This document shows positions 1 through 13,311 of a stretch of DNA of 64,000 bases, one piece after another. The stretch is from Lama guanicoe (Eukaryota), in assembly GCA_013239625.1 (NCBI GenBank), contig MU053911.1, forward strand, positions 362,132 through 426,131. The letters run 5' to 3'. The notes under the pieces were generated by a model, which was not told where the DNA came from, did no database searches, and was given only the letters and a program-made list of their open reading frames with translations. Each line of letters starts with the position of its first letter. Within the stretch, counting starts at the first letter, position 1. The position numbers and the translations under genes are program-made.

Positions 1-1233
1 GTACTTCAGGATAAAATCAGGATTAGACCAACTTCTGCCTGGGTTTGGGGAGTTTTGTAGAAGAGAGATACGGGGAAGAATTAGATTAAGGTAGATTTTG
101 GGTTTTGTTAGAGCTGTCTTAAAAACAGATACTTTTTTGGCCACAAAATGTTGTGAGATTCAATTAAGTTCAGTAGCCCAGATCTGTATAACCCCAACAT
201 CCATGTTCATTCACTACATCCCTGAGTCAAAAAATACTTCTCATAAATTGGGTTTTGTTGGGGGAGAGGTCTCCAGAGTGAAAGGGAGTTAACAGTTGAT
301 AAGAATAAAGAAAGTGGGATTTACTTTTGGCGGCTTCTTTACAAAAACTAAGGAAAATGCAAAATACAATATTGAGTCAAAGAAGTGACCCAGAGCAGGG
401 GGAGGCCATGTGTGGAATCTCCCTTCGTATATTTTGATTCACTCTTTCTGTATACACAAGTCGTCTCCTCGAGGCATCTGAGTATTGTAATGTTGAATTG
501 TATTATTTCCCCATCATCAAATACAGGCCCACAATATTTTCCAGGTGAGATTCAAAAATTTAGATTTTTTAGACAGATACTGCTGTGCCCATGTTCTCAG
601 TGTAGTGGATGGAGCATCTTGCAATCAGTATATTACTATGTCTGCACCAAGTCACATGAAGCCACTTTAGGTAGAGGTCAGGTCAGGATTCTACCAAAGG
701 AGTTCAAGGCAGGACGGTTTCAGACTTGGACTCTGAAACTGATACAGGAAAAAGAACATGGGGCGTGAGGATGGCCATGTCCCAGGTCTTGGATGAGTCC
801 CTGGGTGTGCCCTGCCAAGTATGGGTCCTTGGTTTCACTCAGGAAAGAATTCAAGAGTGAGCCACAATTGAGTAAAAGTAGATTTATTCAGAGAGATGTA
901 TACTCCATAGACAGAATGCAGGCAGTGTCAAAGGCAAGAGAAAGGCCACAGGTGTGGGAGTTGGGTATTCAGTTTAAAGTAAAAGTAGATACACACATGC
1001 AGTCTGTCTCACTCAGAAGGGAGAGTGGCCGTGAGGTATGGGGGTTGCTAGTTTTCATGGGTTTGGTAACTTTATATGCTAATAAGTGGGAGGGTTAGTT
1101 TAACTGCTTTGGGAAATGGCTGAGATTCCTAGGAACTGGGCCACCGCCCAGTGTTTGACCTTGATGGTCAGCCTTGAAACTGCCTTCATTCCTGTGGGTG
1201 TGACATTTACCATGTTAATTTTACAATGAGCAT

Positions 1234-3490
1234 CCTAAGCACAGCAATAAGACAAGAAAATGAAATAAAAAGGATCCAAATTGGAAAAGAAGAGGTAAAA
1301 TTGTCACTATATGCAGATGACATGATACTATATATAGAAAACCCTAAAAGCTCCACATGAAAACTATTATAACTAATAAAAGAATTCATACAACAAAAAA
1401 ATGTGACAATGAGTGTGTATATGTCCATGAATGACTGAAAAATTGTGCTGAACACTGGAATTTGACACATTGTAAAATGATTATAAATCAATAAAAAATG
1501 TTAAAAAAAAAAAAAAAAAGAATTCAGCAAGGTAGCAGGATACAAGATTAATGTGCAAAAACCAATTGCATTTCTTTACACTAATGATGAATCAACAGGA
1601 AAAAAGAGTAAAAAAAACAATCCCTTTTAAAACAGCACCCAAAGTAATCAAATACCTAGGAATAAATCTAACCAAGGAGTTGAAAGACTTATACATGGAG
1701 AATAATAAAACATTGATGAAGGAAATTAAAGAAGACTTTAAAAAATGGAAAGATATCCCATGCTTCTGGATTGGAAGAATCAATAGTGTAAAAATGGTCA
1801 CACTGCCCAAGGCGATCTACAGATTTAATGCAATCCCTATCAAATTACCCAGGACATATTTCACAGAACTAGAGCAAATCATGTTAAAATTTATATGGAC
1901 ACACTAAAGACCCAGAGTTGCCAAAGCATTGCTGAAGAAAAAGAATGAGGCTGGAGGAATAACCTTCCTAGACTTCAGACAATACTGCAGAGCTACAGTA
2001 ATCAAAACAACATGGCATTGGTACAAAAATAGACATATGGATCAATGGGACAGAACAGAGATTCTAGAAATGAACCCACAAACTTTTGGTCAACTAATCT
2101 TTGACAAAGGAGGCAAGAACATACAATGAAATAAAGACAGTCTCTTCAGCAAATGATGTTGGGAAAACTGGACAGCAGCATGTAAATCGATGAAGCTAGA
2201 ACACTCCCTTACACTATACACAAAAAATAAATTCAAAATGGATCAAAGACTCAAACATAAGACAACACACAATAAATCTCCTAGAAGAAAACATAGGCAA
2301 AACATTATCTCACATACATCTCAGCAATGTTCTCCTAGGGCAGTCTACCCCAGCAATAGAAATAAAACCAAGAATTAACAAATAGGACCTAATTAAACTT
2401 ACAAGCTTTTGCAAAGCAAAGGAAACCATAAGCAAAACAAAATGACAACCTATGGAATAGGAGAAAATATTTGCAAAAGATGAAACTGACAAGAGTTTGA
2501 TTTCCAGAACATATAAACAGCTCATATGACTTAATAAGGAAAGAACAAACAGCCCAATCCAAAAATGAGCAGAAGACCCAGACAAGCAATTCTCCAATGA
2601 AGACACACAAATGGCCAACAGGTACATGAAAAAATGCTCAATATCGCTAATTATCAGAGAAATGCAAATCAAAACTACAATGAGGTGTCACCTCACACCA
2701 GTCAGAATGGCCATCCTTCAAAAGTCCACAAATGATAAATGCTGATGAGGGTGTGGAGAAAAGGGAACCCTCTTTCGCTGCTGGTGGGAATGCAGTTTGG
2801 TGCAGCCACTGTGGAAAACAGTATGAAGATTCCTCAAAAGACTAAAGATAGACTTACCATGTGACCCAGCAATCCCACTCCTGGGCATATTTCCAGAGGG
2901 AATATTAATTCAAAAAGATACATGCACCCCAAAGTTCATAGCAGTCATATTTACAACAGCCAAGATGTGGAAGCAACCTAAGTGTCCAACAACAGATGAC
3001 TGGATAAAGAAGTTGTGGTACATTTATACAATGGAATACTACTCAGCCATAAAAAGTAATAAAATAATGCCATTTGCAGCAACATAGATGACTCTGGAGA
3101 AAGTCATTCTAAGTGAAGTCAGCCAGAAAGAGAAATAAAAATACTACATGATATCACTCATATGTGGAATCTAAAAAAAAAAAAAGACAAATGAACTTAT
3201 ACATAAAACAGAAACAGACTCACAAGCATAGAGTACAGACTTGTGGTTGCCAGGGGGAGGAGGGTGTGAAGGAATAAACTGGGAGTTTGAGATTTGCAGA
3301 TACTGACTGGTATATATAAAATAGATAAACAACTTTATACTGTATAGCACAGGGAAATATATTAAATATCTTGTAGTAGTTTATGGTGACAAAGAATATG
3401 AAAATAAATATATGTATATCCATGTATAACATTGTGCTGTACACCAGAAATTGACACAACATTGTAAGCTGACTATATCTCAATTAAAAA
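1234..3490 (+). mobile_element. Young LINE-1, 5'-truncated in the ORF2 RT domain; disabled ORF2 C-terminal half, 3' UTR and A-tail
   Basis: Translates to L1 ORF2 motifs ([54 protein letters not shown]) with many stops and frameshifts. ORF2 stop near 3172. Approximate TSD ttacaatgagcat (1221-1233) / ttactatgagcat (3496-3508). Confidence 0.97.
1389..1515 (+). mobile_element. Short L1 3'-end fragment with poly(A), nested in the L1 above
   Basis: L1 3' terminus (tttgacacattgtaaaatgattataaatcaataaaaaatgtt + A-run). Perfect TSD aaaagaattca at 1378-1388 and 1516-1526. Confidence 0.92.
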
Positions 3491-3833
3491 CAGTATTACT
3501 ATGAGCATATAATGAAGCACAAATTCTACTGGAAATCAAATCTCCCACCACCTTGGGCCTCAGGGCCCACTGGAATTTGAATCCTCTGTCATCTTAGTGT
3601 TAATTTCTGTGTCATTCTTTGAATGGCAGTGCCCTGTCCCCTTCCCTCCTGTCTCAAAATTATGGACACTGCAAACAACCAGGGCCTACAGGCCTAATGA
3701 GCAGACACGTTTCTCTGTCCAATTTGCCTACTTGAGAAGACTGGACTACAATGAAATTCTAGCTTCACTTTGGAATTCTTGCATTGTATTTATAACTACA
3801 TTCAATGAAAGGAAGGAAGGAAAGAAGGAAGGA

Positions 3834-4043
3834 TGTAGAATAGATAAACAAGATTATACTGTGTAGCACTGGGAAATATATACAAGATCTTGTGGTAGCT
3901 CACAGTGGAAAAAAATGCGACAAAGAATAAATGTATGTTCAAGTATAACTGAGAAGTTGTGATCTACACTGGAAATTGACACAACATTGTAAAGTGACTA
4001 TAACTCAATAAAAAATGTTAAAAAAAAGATTTGGGGTGAAAAA
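3834..4043 (+). mobile_element. L1 3' UTR fragment inserted into a GGAA-rich tract
   Basis: L1 3' UTR motifs (gattatactgtgtagcactggg...aattgacacaacattgtaaagtgactataactcaataaaa). TSD aaagaaggaagga at 3821-3833 and 4044-4056. Confidence 0.9.
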
Positions 4044-4607
4044 AAAGAAGGAAGGAAGGGGAGGGTAGGAAATCAAAAGAGGAAGGAAAGGAGAATGAGA
4101 GAGAGAAGATAATTTTGAGGAGCTTGCAAATTACTGAATTAAGACCAATGTAAACAGAAAGCTACTTAGACTCCTGGAACGGACAAAGTTACAATCTGTG
4201 TCACAACAGATACCCCGCACTTAACTTTGCACAGATCAGTGGCTTTTAAACTCTGTTCCTCACAGACTTAGAGTTTCTCTGAAAGTGTGGCGGGGGAGAG
4301 CAGGGAAAGGCGATACCAGGGGTTAGAATCCAGCGAGAAGTTTGAACTGCTGCTGGCTTTCCCCATCTCTTCAAACAAGAGGGTTTAGCCTTCCCCTGTG
4401 GGTCTTGATTTGAACACAGTGTCAGTGATGTTTCTGTTTTTCTCCTTCTTCTCTAATGAAAAGCCACTGGCCTGTTTCACATATAAAGTCCTCCAATACC
4501 TAAAATACAAACAAAACAAAACAAACAAACAAAAAAACCCCCACCAAAAACAGAAAAGCTTAATTATTGGTCAGTATGCAATTTTGAAAATTTAAGAACC
4601 TCAGCTA

Positions 4608-4705
4608 GTATCAGAATTTAAAAAAAATCTTAGAGCCCAAAGATCATCTAGACCCCTTCTTCCTTTTGAAAATTAGGAAACTGTCTCAGAGGAGACATGA
4701 TTTGA
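4608..4705 (-). mobile_element. MIR SINE remnant
   Basis: gatcatctagacccc...ttgaaaattaggaaactgtctcagagga resembles the degenerate MIR core. Confidence 0.45.
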
Positions 4706-7079
4706 ATAATGATGATTAATGTGAGAGATTAAAAGACTTTTAATATCTAGAATTTTCATCAAACTTGTTAAACACTATATTACAGTAAAAATGTCTTATG
4801 TTTCTTTTACCGTTTCTTTCACGGTGCTTGGTATCATGAGGAGAAATATCCAAATCTTGGAAAGAAAGCAAATATGGGGAGACATGTCTTTTCAGTGTTA
4901 TACTCAGGAATTATTTCACAGACCAAGTCAAGGATTCTTTAATTATCTAGGATGATTTGATTAGAGACCAGAAACATAGAAGTTACGTGTTAGCTTGTAG
5001 ATTTCTTTTTGGTAGAAAAGATAGTTGCAAATTTATGGTTTTGTTATCTTCTGTAGTTTTTTTTTTTAACTCTAACTTAGCAATCTATTCCAAATTTCTA
5101 ATTTTTTACAGAATGGTTAATAAATACCCATTTCTTCATATGCTCTTGGTGCTAGGTTTACCATCTCAATGCATAATAAATGAGTTAAATATATTTTAAC
5201 ATGTGCTAATTTTGTATTATATATTCTTTCATAGCTGCTAGAAAATTAAGAGACTTAATTTTCCTATTTAAAAAAGCCTTCTCAAAGAAATTGCTAACTC
5301 AATTCAAATTTATAGGATGAAGGTGACTCCTTGCACTAATCAGAATGGCTTAATAATTTTGGTTTAAAAAGAAAGGCTAAATGCCCTTTGATTTTGTCAG
5401 TGTGGGCAATAATACGATTTTGTCCTTTTAAATATATAAGATTTGAGCTTATTTCTTTAAAATAACAGTTAACTTGACCTTTCTTAATCTTGTATACTGT
5501 CTACTGATTAATTTAATATTACTCCACATAATGTTCAAGATATGAGAGAGATATAAAACTGTCTAACTTAATTAAATTATTATCCTGCCAATTTTCATAC
5601 CAGCAGTCATTATGTTTTGAAACATATTAGCTTAACCGTAATTTCCAAAATGCTTAGTTGATTTAAAAATGTGAACACTAGAGTTAATTAATATAAATAA
5701 TTTCAAAGTAAGATACGACACCAAAACCTTTGCTGTCGTTGCAGTGACACGACTACACAGCTTGTGAAGTCATAGAAGGTGCACACAGAGCTTTCGAGGG
5801 CCCCTTCTGCTGGTCTGCCGGCCTGCGGGTGCGACGCAGCGTCCCCACCTTTGCCCTCCCTGTTCTCTCTGCAAGGGAGAGACACCTTGGTTAAAAGTCA
5901 GAGTCAATAGGAGTAGTTGCAGTTATACGAGAACATTCGTGGCAAACAATATGTATTCGAGGGAATAGGATGAATTTTTGCTTCCAAAAGATAAAGTAGT
6001 TTTGTAAAGTTTCAAAATATGAAATAGTGAAGGAAAAATGACTGTAGGAAGTTGTAGAAGGTTTGAGGAAAGCATATTTATTTTCATTTGATTGTAATGG
6101 CTGCAAGTGATGAATCTGCAAAACAGAATGGTGTGTGTTACCATGTAGCTAAATTGGTTCGGATTCGGTGGCTTTATTTATTAAAACATTTTGAATTCTT
6201 TGGTGCCAAATGTCATATTAAAGCAAGGCTAAAATTTAGATTTTTCTCTTTATTTGTTGAAATGACAAATTAATCTGGTAATACTCATTTTCCTGTAAAG
6301 AGTAATAAAAGATCATTACTTACCATTTGGGAATCTTCCTATAGGAAATTCTGTATATTAACATGCTTGAAACAGCCTAAGTTTTCACACTGAAGGGGAT
6401 ACGCTTCCTTAAAGTTGTATCTTCTGTTTAGCTCGCGTGCTGTCTTGTCGCTGTGAACATTAGGCAGTGTTGGACAGCCCAGCTGCCGCTCCTTTCTCAG
6501 CATCTGTCCCATCTTAATCAAGTGACACACCTTCTGAAAACATGTTTGATTTTTGCCTGCCTAAAATTACATACCAAATTTAGAAAAACAAATTTTTTAA
6601 GATTTATTTTAGGACCAAAATAAAGTACCTTTTAAATTTCTAAGGACTCCTGGAAAAATTATAAAGATTTTCACCGTATCAAATTAATGTGAAAAGCAAC
6701 TGGACTTGTATGGCATATTTTTTCATTAGGTTCACACATCTGTATGAGTCACGTGAAGAGAGTTGTCAAATCTGAAAAGCTCAGCCTTCCTGGTTAATTT
6801 TACAGAGGTATGGTATTATTGACATAAATATTTCAGGGACTGTACATATTACTTAAAATATTGGAGATTGTCACAGCCAAGATCTCACACCTTCAGGGGA
6901 GACACTGATGAAGTCTCCATTAAATAATGACTATTGCACCCTAATGCAGAGCTTTGCTCTCTTCTAGTGCTATGCTCTTGATTACTGCAGTGAACTAGCC
7001 ACAGTCCTGGAGTCTCGTCATTTGGTGGCTTTTGCTGTCCTGTAACACTTGTTTGAAGGTAGGGACCATACCAGTTATT

Positions 7080-7588
7080 ATTATTTTTTTCAGTTGAAGT
7101 ATAGTCAGTTACAATGTGTCAGTGTCTGGTGCATAGCATCATGTCCCAGTCCTGCATATACACACATATATTCATTTTCATATTCTTTTTCATTAAAGGT
7201 TATTACAAGATATTGAATATAGTCCCCTGTGCTATACAAAAGAGATTTCTTTTTATTTATTTTTATATATAGTGGTTAACATTTGCAAATCTCAAACTCC
7301 CAGATTTACCCCTTCCCACCCCCTTTCCCTCAGTAACCATAAGATTGTTTACTATGTCTGTGAGTCTGTTTCTGTTTCATAGACGAGTTCATATTTTTTC
7401 TTTTTTTTTTTTCTTTCTTTTTTTTTTTTTTTTTTAGATTCCATATATGAGTGATATCATATGGTATTTTTCTTTCTCTTTCTGGCTTACCTCACTTAGA
7501 AAGATCATCTCTAGGTCCATCCATGTTGCTGCAAATGGCATTATTTTATTCTTTGTTATTGCTGAGTAGTATTCCATTGTATAAATAT
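7080..7588 (-). mobile_element. L1 3' fragment (ORF2 end + 3' UTR)
   Basis: T-tract then ttgaagtatagtcagttacaatgtgtca...ccatgttgctgcaaatggcattatttt; homologous to 3000-3490. Short flanking repeat agttatt (7073-7079 / 7589-7595). Confidence 0.93.
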
Positions 7589-8460
7589 AGTTATTTTTAA
7601 ATCTTGTTATTTCAAGGATTTCTCTTTTTGGTTCAGAAGCAGATGACTTTCTGAAAGCAGAGGACTGAATGAATTCATGAGGAAAATTATGGTGTGGGTA
7701 GTAATTGTCTAGAATAATGATGCTGTTTCAGTGTTTTATTTTTCTGATGGCTATATGACAGAGCCCTTCAAATTGATCTCTGATCCTAAATTTAGTAGAC
7801 TGTGCTTCTATAACTGAAATGCATTATTTAAATTGTATCTGATTTTCAGAGTTCTTTGAAAATTCAAAACACTGTATTTTACTGCATCTCCTTACTTTAA
7901 ATAGCAACATGTTATTTGCATAGTTTCATTAATAATGTGTCCTTTTTTCTGTGATTTAATTGGACATCCAAGGCTAGACATCTCCTTTATCAGATGTGAA
8001 AACTCACCAGTAACAAACAAGGGTTGCAATGCCTACCAGGTCCTGCTAGGATAAGGCTGGTTTAGCCTCAGTAGGGTAACGAAGTCACTTCTAGAACGCT
8101 ATGGGTCTTTGCCTACTTGAGAACCTTGAGGAAGGGAGCTTGACCTGTAAGTCTAACAGCCTCTTTCTACACTTACGTAATACTCAAGGCCAAACATAGT
8201 AAGGCCATGTTTCTAATCAAGAATAACATTTGGATATTACTGAGTATCAAAATAAAGAGCTTATGCGGAGGAGTTAATTACAAATTAGTACTCACTAAAA
8301 TAATTTTGTGATAGAACACTTAAGGAAAATTAACCAAAGCTCTGACATAAGACATTTATTTTCAGTGTTATATTGGGGTATTATTTAACAGACCAAACAA
8401 AGGATTACTTTATTCTTTTTTGACTTGATTATGCACTATTTGACTCTATACTACATAGTA

Positions 8461-8519
8461 TACTGAGTATAATTACACGTACTGAGAAATTACACGTCAT
8501 ACTGAGAAATTACACGTCA
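8461..8519. repeat. Tandem repeat, 3 copies of a ~20-bp unit (tactgagaaattacacgtca)
   Basis: Two perfect copies at 8480-8499 and 8500-8519, plus a degenerate copy at 8461-8479. Confidence 0.95.
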
Positions 8520-8748
8520 ATGTGCAGATTTCTAACTTGCAGAAGAAGACAGCGCCTGGGGCTACCACGGTGGGGGATAATGATCAGTGTTTTCCACGAC
8601 TGGGAACAGTTTACTGACATTCAGAAAAGCTGCCTTGAATACATGTCACCAAGCAGATCATTATGAGAGCCCTTGCATATACCAAAATCCCATCCCTGCT
8701 CTTCTAATCAGGGTTAGCGTGTATGTTCAGTCACCATAGACTCAGTGC

Positions 8749-9955
8749 GTGGTAAAATACACATAACATAAAACTGACCATTGTTACCGTTTTTAAATTG
8801 ACGATTCAGCAGCATTAAATATATTCACAATATTATACAGCCATCACCATTATCCATTTTCAGAAATTTTCCATCACTCCAAACAGAAACTCCATACCCA
8901 CTAACCAACATATACTACCCCCAGTCTCTGCTAAACTCTACCCTAATGTCTGTCGTTATGATTCTGACTATTCTAATTGTATCTTATTCTATCTCCACCT
9001 GTGTCTGGACTGTTTCACTGAGCATAAAGCTTTCACGTTTCACCCACTCTGTAGCATGTATTGGGATATCACTCCTTTAAAAGGCCGAATAATATTGCAT
9101 CATATGGATAAACAAAATGTGTATTCATTCATCTGTTGATGAGTCTCTGAGTCCTTCGTTTTGGCTGTTACGAGAAATGCAGCTGAAAGTGCTGGTCTTG
9201 GTATCTGTCCCTATTGTCCGTGCTTTGGGGCATACACTTGAGCATGAAATTGTTGGGTCATATGATAATTCTACATTAAACTGCTTTAGGGACCTCTGAA
9301 CTGTTTTCTATACCAGCCGTACCATTTCACATTCCCATCAGCACAGCACAAAGTTCCAATTACACAGCATCCTCCACCAAGCCTGCTTTCTGACCTGTTG
9401 CTGTTCTTGGTGTTTTTTTGGTAACAGCCAACCTAGTGGGTGTAAAGTGGTGTCTTGTTGCATTCAGTCTGTGTTTCTCTGAGGGCTTGTGGTGCTGAAC
9501 CTGCTGACCATTTGCGTCTTCTTTGGACGAAGGTCTGTTCAAGTCATCTGCCCATATTTCAATTGAGTTGTTCTCTGTGTTGGGTTGTAGGTGTTTATTA
9601 TATAGTCTAGATATAATCTCTTATCAAGTATATGCCATTTACAAATATTTTCTCCAGTTCTGTGAATTGTCTTTCCACTCTCTTGATAGTGTGATGCACA
9701 GAAGAGTACACTTTTGAGGAAGTCCAATTTATCTATTTTTCCCTTCATTCCCTGTATCTTTAGTGACATAGCCAAAAAATGGTTGTCAACTCCAACGTTA
9801 TGAAGATTTTTCTTCTAAAACTTTTAGTTTTAGCTCTTACATTTAAGACTTTGATGCATTTTGAGTTAATTTTTGTGTTCAGTGTAAGGTAACAGTCTGA
9901 CTTTATTCTTTTGCATGTGGACACCAGGTTTTCCTAGCACCATTTGTTGAAAGAG
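8749..9955 (-). mobile_element. Older LINE-1 (L1MB-like), 3' ~1.2 kb
   Basis: L1MB-type terminus gtggtaaaatacacataacataaaa. Minus-strand ORF2 remnants (KIDKLDFLK; HHFTPTRLAVTKK). Confidence 0.9.
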
Positions 9956-12900
9956 AGTAACCAGTTTTGACTTTAACTTTGCTATCTTATTCTAAAATTC
10001 TTGTTTTTGAAAAAAAAAAAAAACTATAGAACCATTTTTCCCATCTCATTGGTTCCCTTATGAGTGGGTAGAACAAATTTTGAAGTGAGTTTATTTTATT
10101 TTTATGAGAGATCTATTACTAAACATTTGGAAAATTATACTCTGGCTGTATAAATATTCACACTCTATTAATTGCAGAATGCTCTAATTTCTTCTCTTGC
10201 TGTAAAGAGGATTTACGGTATTTGAAATATCACTGTTAGGATTGGGTGACTATTGTCCATTGGTAGGTTGGGGTGGTAGACAGACTTTAAAAAACAAACA
10301 ACAGCAAAAATTCCTTACTGGCAGAGAATGTGTGTCCATTCATTCTTCACTCTTCTCCCAAGGTACATAACTAGACAGATTTTTCATTCTGAGACTTCCC
10401 CAGAGGGATCTTCCCACCTAAAGGGTACTTTATATCTGTACTGTGAAAGATAACTTGATCTCAAAGATGTTTAAAAACTAAAATAGAGAAATGTAGAAGA
10501 CCCAGTTATGTCTCTGTTGATGTTTTGTTGTTTTGTGGTGGTATGTGCAGTACGGTTTCATGAAATGATTTAAAGCTTTCAGATCATGAGACAAGTTTAA
10601 CATTACTTTTTGTGAGCAGTGGACACAAACTGGTATTAACCAGAAAGATACTGAGACACAGTGTTGATTTCTAAAATATCTTTGTGTCAGCAAAGCACTG
10701 GGCAAGTTAGTCTCTGCTCTCAAGGAGAAGGCTTAACGTGGACACCTATAAAATCCATGGCTGTAATAAACTGCAGACATCCAACCAAAAGAACAGCATC
10801 ACAGGTAGAGCAAGATTCATTTCCTCAGGGCAGATTAACAATTGGGGCGGTGGGAAACAAAGCACAGGTCTAGGCATGAGTAAATATCTCTCTTAAAAAA
10901 TGTTTCTCATTTAAATGAAAGAATACTTCTTTAAGGAAGAGAGATGTACAAAGAATAGCACTAATATAAGGAGGACAGGAAACATCACACAGAAGCAAAG
11001 AGAGCGACTAGACTGAAGTGTCAGCTTTGCAGGCGGTGAGTTATGTTCAGCCATCTCATGTGGCAGTCAGATAAGACAGACCCGTGGTAAAGGGAGCAAA
11101 TGCCAGCTCTTCGGAGGAGTAAGCCAATGCTATGTGGACTGCCAGTAATTCTGAGGGTAATATCAGTGCGCTCTAAATGGTTCAGTATTGTAAGGCACTT
11201 GTTTGTAAAAGAAATCGATAACCAGGTTACTTGGTGTGGGTTCTTAAATAAGAATTAGAGGTCACCCCTTTGAGTGTATGTATGTTGATAAAAACCAGAT
11301 TGTAGATTCATTTGCTCGTCTCTCCTTTATTCCAAACTCGCTCCAAACACAAAGGTGACATATGGGACTGGGAATAAATCAGGTGAAAATAGAAATGGTT
11401 ACTAGTAACTAAAAAAAAAAGAATACTAACTTACACCTTTGTTTAAAGCAGAATATTACACTTACGTCTTAGATACAGATTGAACTATTATTTAAATGGC
11501 CTTTCATTTTATTATTTCACTCTTTCTTTCCTAAGATTCCACAGACACTTACACGCAGAAGTCCAAACTAAAAACAAACAAACAAACAAAAACACCATTT
11601 ACTTACATTACTGAGGTCTTTAAGAATTGATTAAAAATTGGTTTAAGTATTTACTTTTGCCAAAACTAAATCCTGGGAGACCTGTATGCCATAGGAAGAC
11701 GAGCTGAATTCAAGTTTACCTCAAATACTTGTCAAAACGTCAAACTTGAACTCGTTTGACAACAAAAGTGATGATTAACATTTTCTTTTGCACGTCTTTC
11801 TACCTTTTCTAGCTATTTTCTTAACCAGACCTGCTTGTATTTAAAAAAGAAATAAAGAAAAACTGCACGATTTCATTCTGAGACTCACTCAAGCCTCAGT
11901 AAGGCAGATAATTTGGAGGCAGCTCTGCTCTTATCAGCGTGAATCTGTGCTGTGGGGACACTGGCTCACTCAGGGTCTTTCCTGGTGACTGAAGACAGGT
12001 GCCATTTCCATTCAAAATTCACTTTCAGAAATTGTTGCAATAAAATGCGGGATTTTTAATGTATCATTTTGCTCCTTTGTTGTTTTAGTTGCATGGTCTG
12101 CTATGTATAAAGTCATCATGAGGAAAAACAAGAAGCAAAAGTTTATAAACATGATCATTTGTCCCCAAACCAAGGAGAAAAGTGCCAATCTTGGGGTTAA
12201 AATCACGCATTATATTAATTTCCTCTGCTTTCAGTTATAGCATTGTCTAGGGTTCTTCTTTCCCCTCTGGCTTTCGTGGGAATTGGTTTTCTTTTTTTAC
12301 ATTTGATACACCATTTAAAACATTACCCATAACCAACATTTGAATTTCATGGTGGTTTCCATTATTTTGTTTTGAAAGATGTTATGGTCAAAATTAAAAT
12401 CAATTTTGTTTTAGAAATTAGAATCTATCAGTGCAAAAGGCTTTTCTAAAGGAAACCACTTGAGAAGGATAGTTGATAGTTAAATTCACCAAGAAAATCA
12501 ATTCAAAATTAACTTACAAATTCTATGTGCACAGTATTCTGTGAGACAGCAGGGAATCTTAACACTGAGAAAATCATACTGTTTCATAAAAGTAGAAAGA
12601 GAAGTCATTAACTAAACCAAAAAATAAAAGAAGGCAGAGCAAAGTGGGCGCCAGACCATCCCACGTGAGATAAGCCCTCGATCTCCGCCCTAGGTCGCTG
12701 CTGGGCTACTATGGACAGCCAAGGCTGGCAGGTCACGGGAGACGCTAGTTAGCTTCCGTAGCGTTCAAAGACATGTCCACGGACGGCACAGTGCTGAATC
12801 TTCCGGGCTGACTCAGGGGTGGAACAGGAAATCCCAGGTGGTCTGATGGTTTAAATAAATGCAACTTAGCAAGCGTGCCTATGCTCGTGAAGCAATGAAC

Positions 12901-13172
12901 TCCATGTGACTGTGGCACTGAGAATGGGTGTGAACATGGAAGAGAAGACCGGGGGTGAAGGAGAGGTGTGTGGAATGGTAATTTGAATCTACATTGTGCC
13001 ACGCATTATAATTTTTTTCTAGACCATGAAGAGATTTTAGAAATTTTTAAGTAGAAAAGAGACACAATCAGATATTTATGCCTTAGAAAAGTTAATAAAA
13101 GCAAAATGTGGGATATGATGGAAGAGAAGAAATAAAGATTATTTTGTGAACTTAGGAATCTTAAAAAAACTC

Positions 13173-13311
13173 TTGTGAAGTATAGTTGAGTCACAGCAGT
13201 GCTTCAGGTTCTGTCGCGCAGCATAGCAAGTCACCTTTCTCTTTTGCAGATGGTGTTCCTTTATAGGTCATTACAGGATATTAGGTAGAATTCCCTGTGC
13301 TGTGCAGGGTC
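13173..13311 (-). mobile_element. L1 3'-terminal fragment
   Basis: tgaagtatagttga...tttataggtcattacaggatattaggtagaattccctgtgctgtgcag; homologous to the other L1 3' ends in the window. Confidence 0.8.

Larger units (their letters stand above)
740..3656 (-). mobile_element. ERV1-type solo LTR, split by an L1 insertion (LTR parts ~740-1233 and ~3496-3656)
   Basis: TG...CA termini with inverted repeat tgatacagga (740) / tcctgtctca (3656). 4-bp flanks aaac/aaat. Minus-strand AATAAA near 883-888. Motif aggaaagaattcaagagtgagcc typical of MER41-like ERV1 LTRs. Confidence 0.8.

Noticed and set aside
1551..2378. L1 ORF2-like ORFs as functional CDS
   Set aside because: 5'-truncated with multiple stops and frameshifts; the same applies to 56687-58141.
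8461..8519. CRISPR-like direct repeats
   Set aside because: No spacers, and the context is mammalian; simple tandem duplication.
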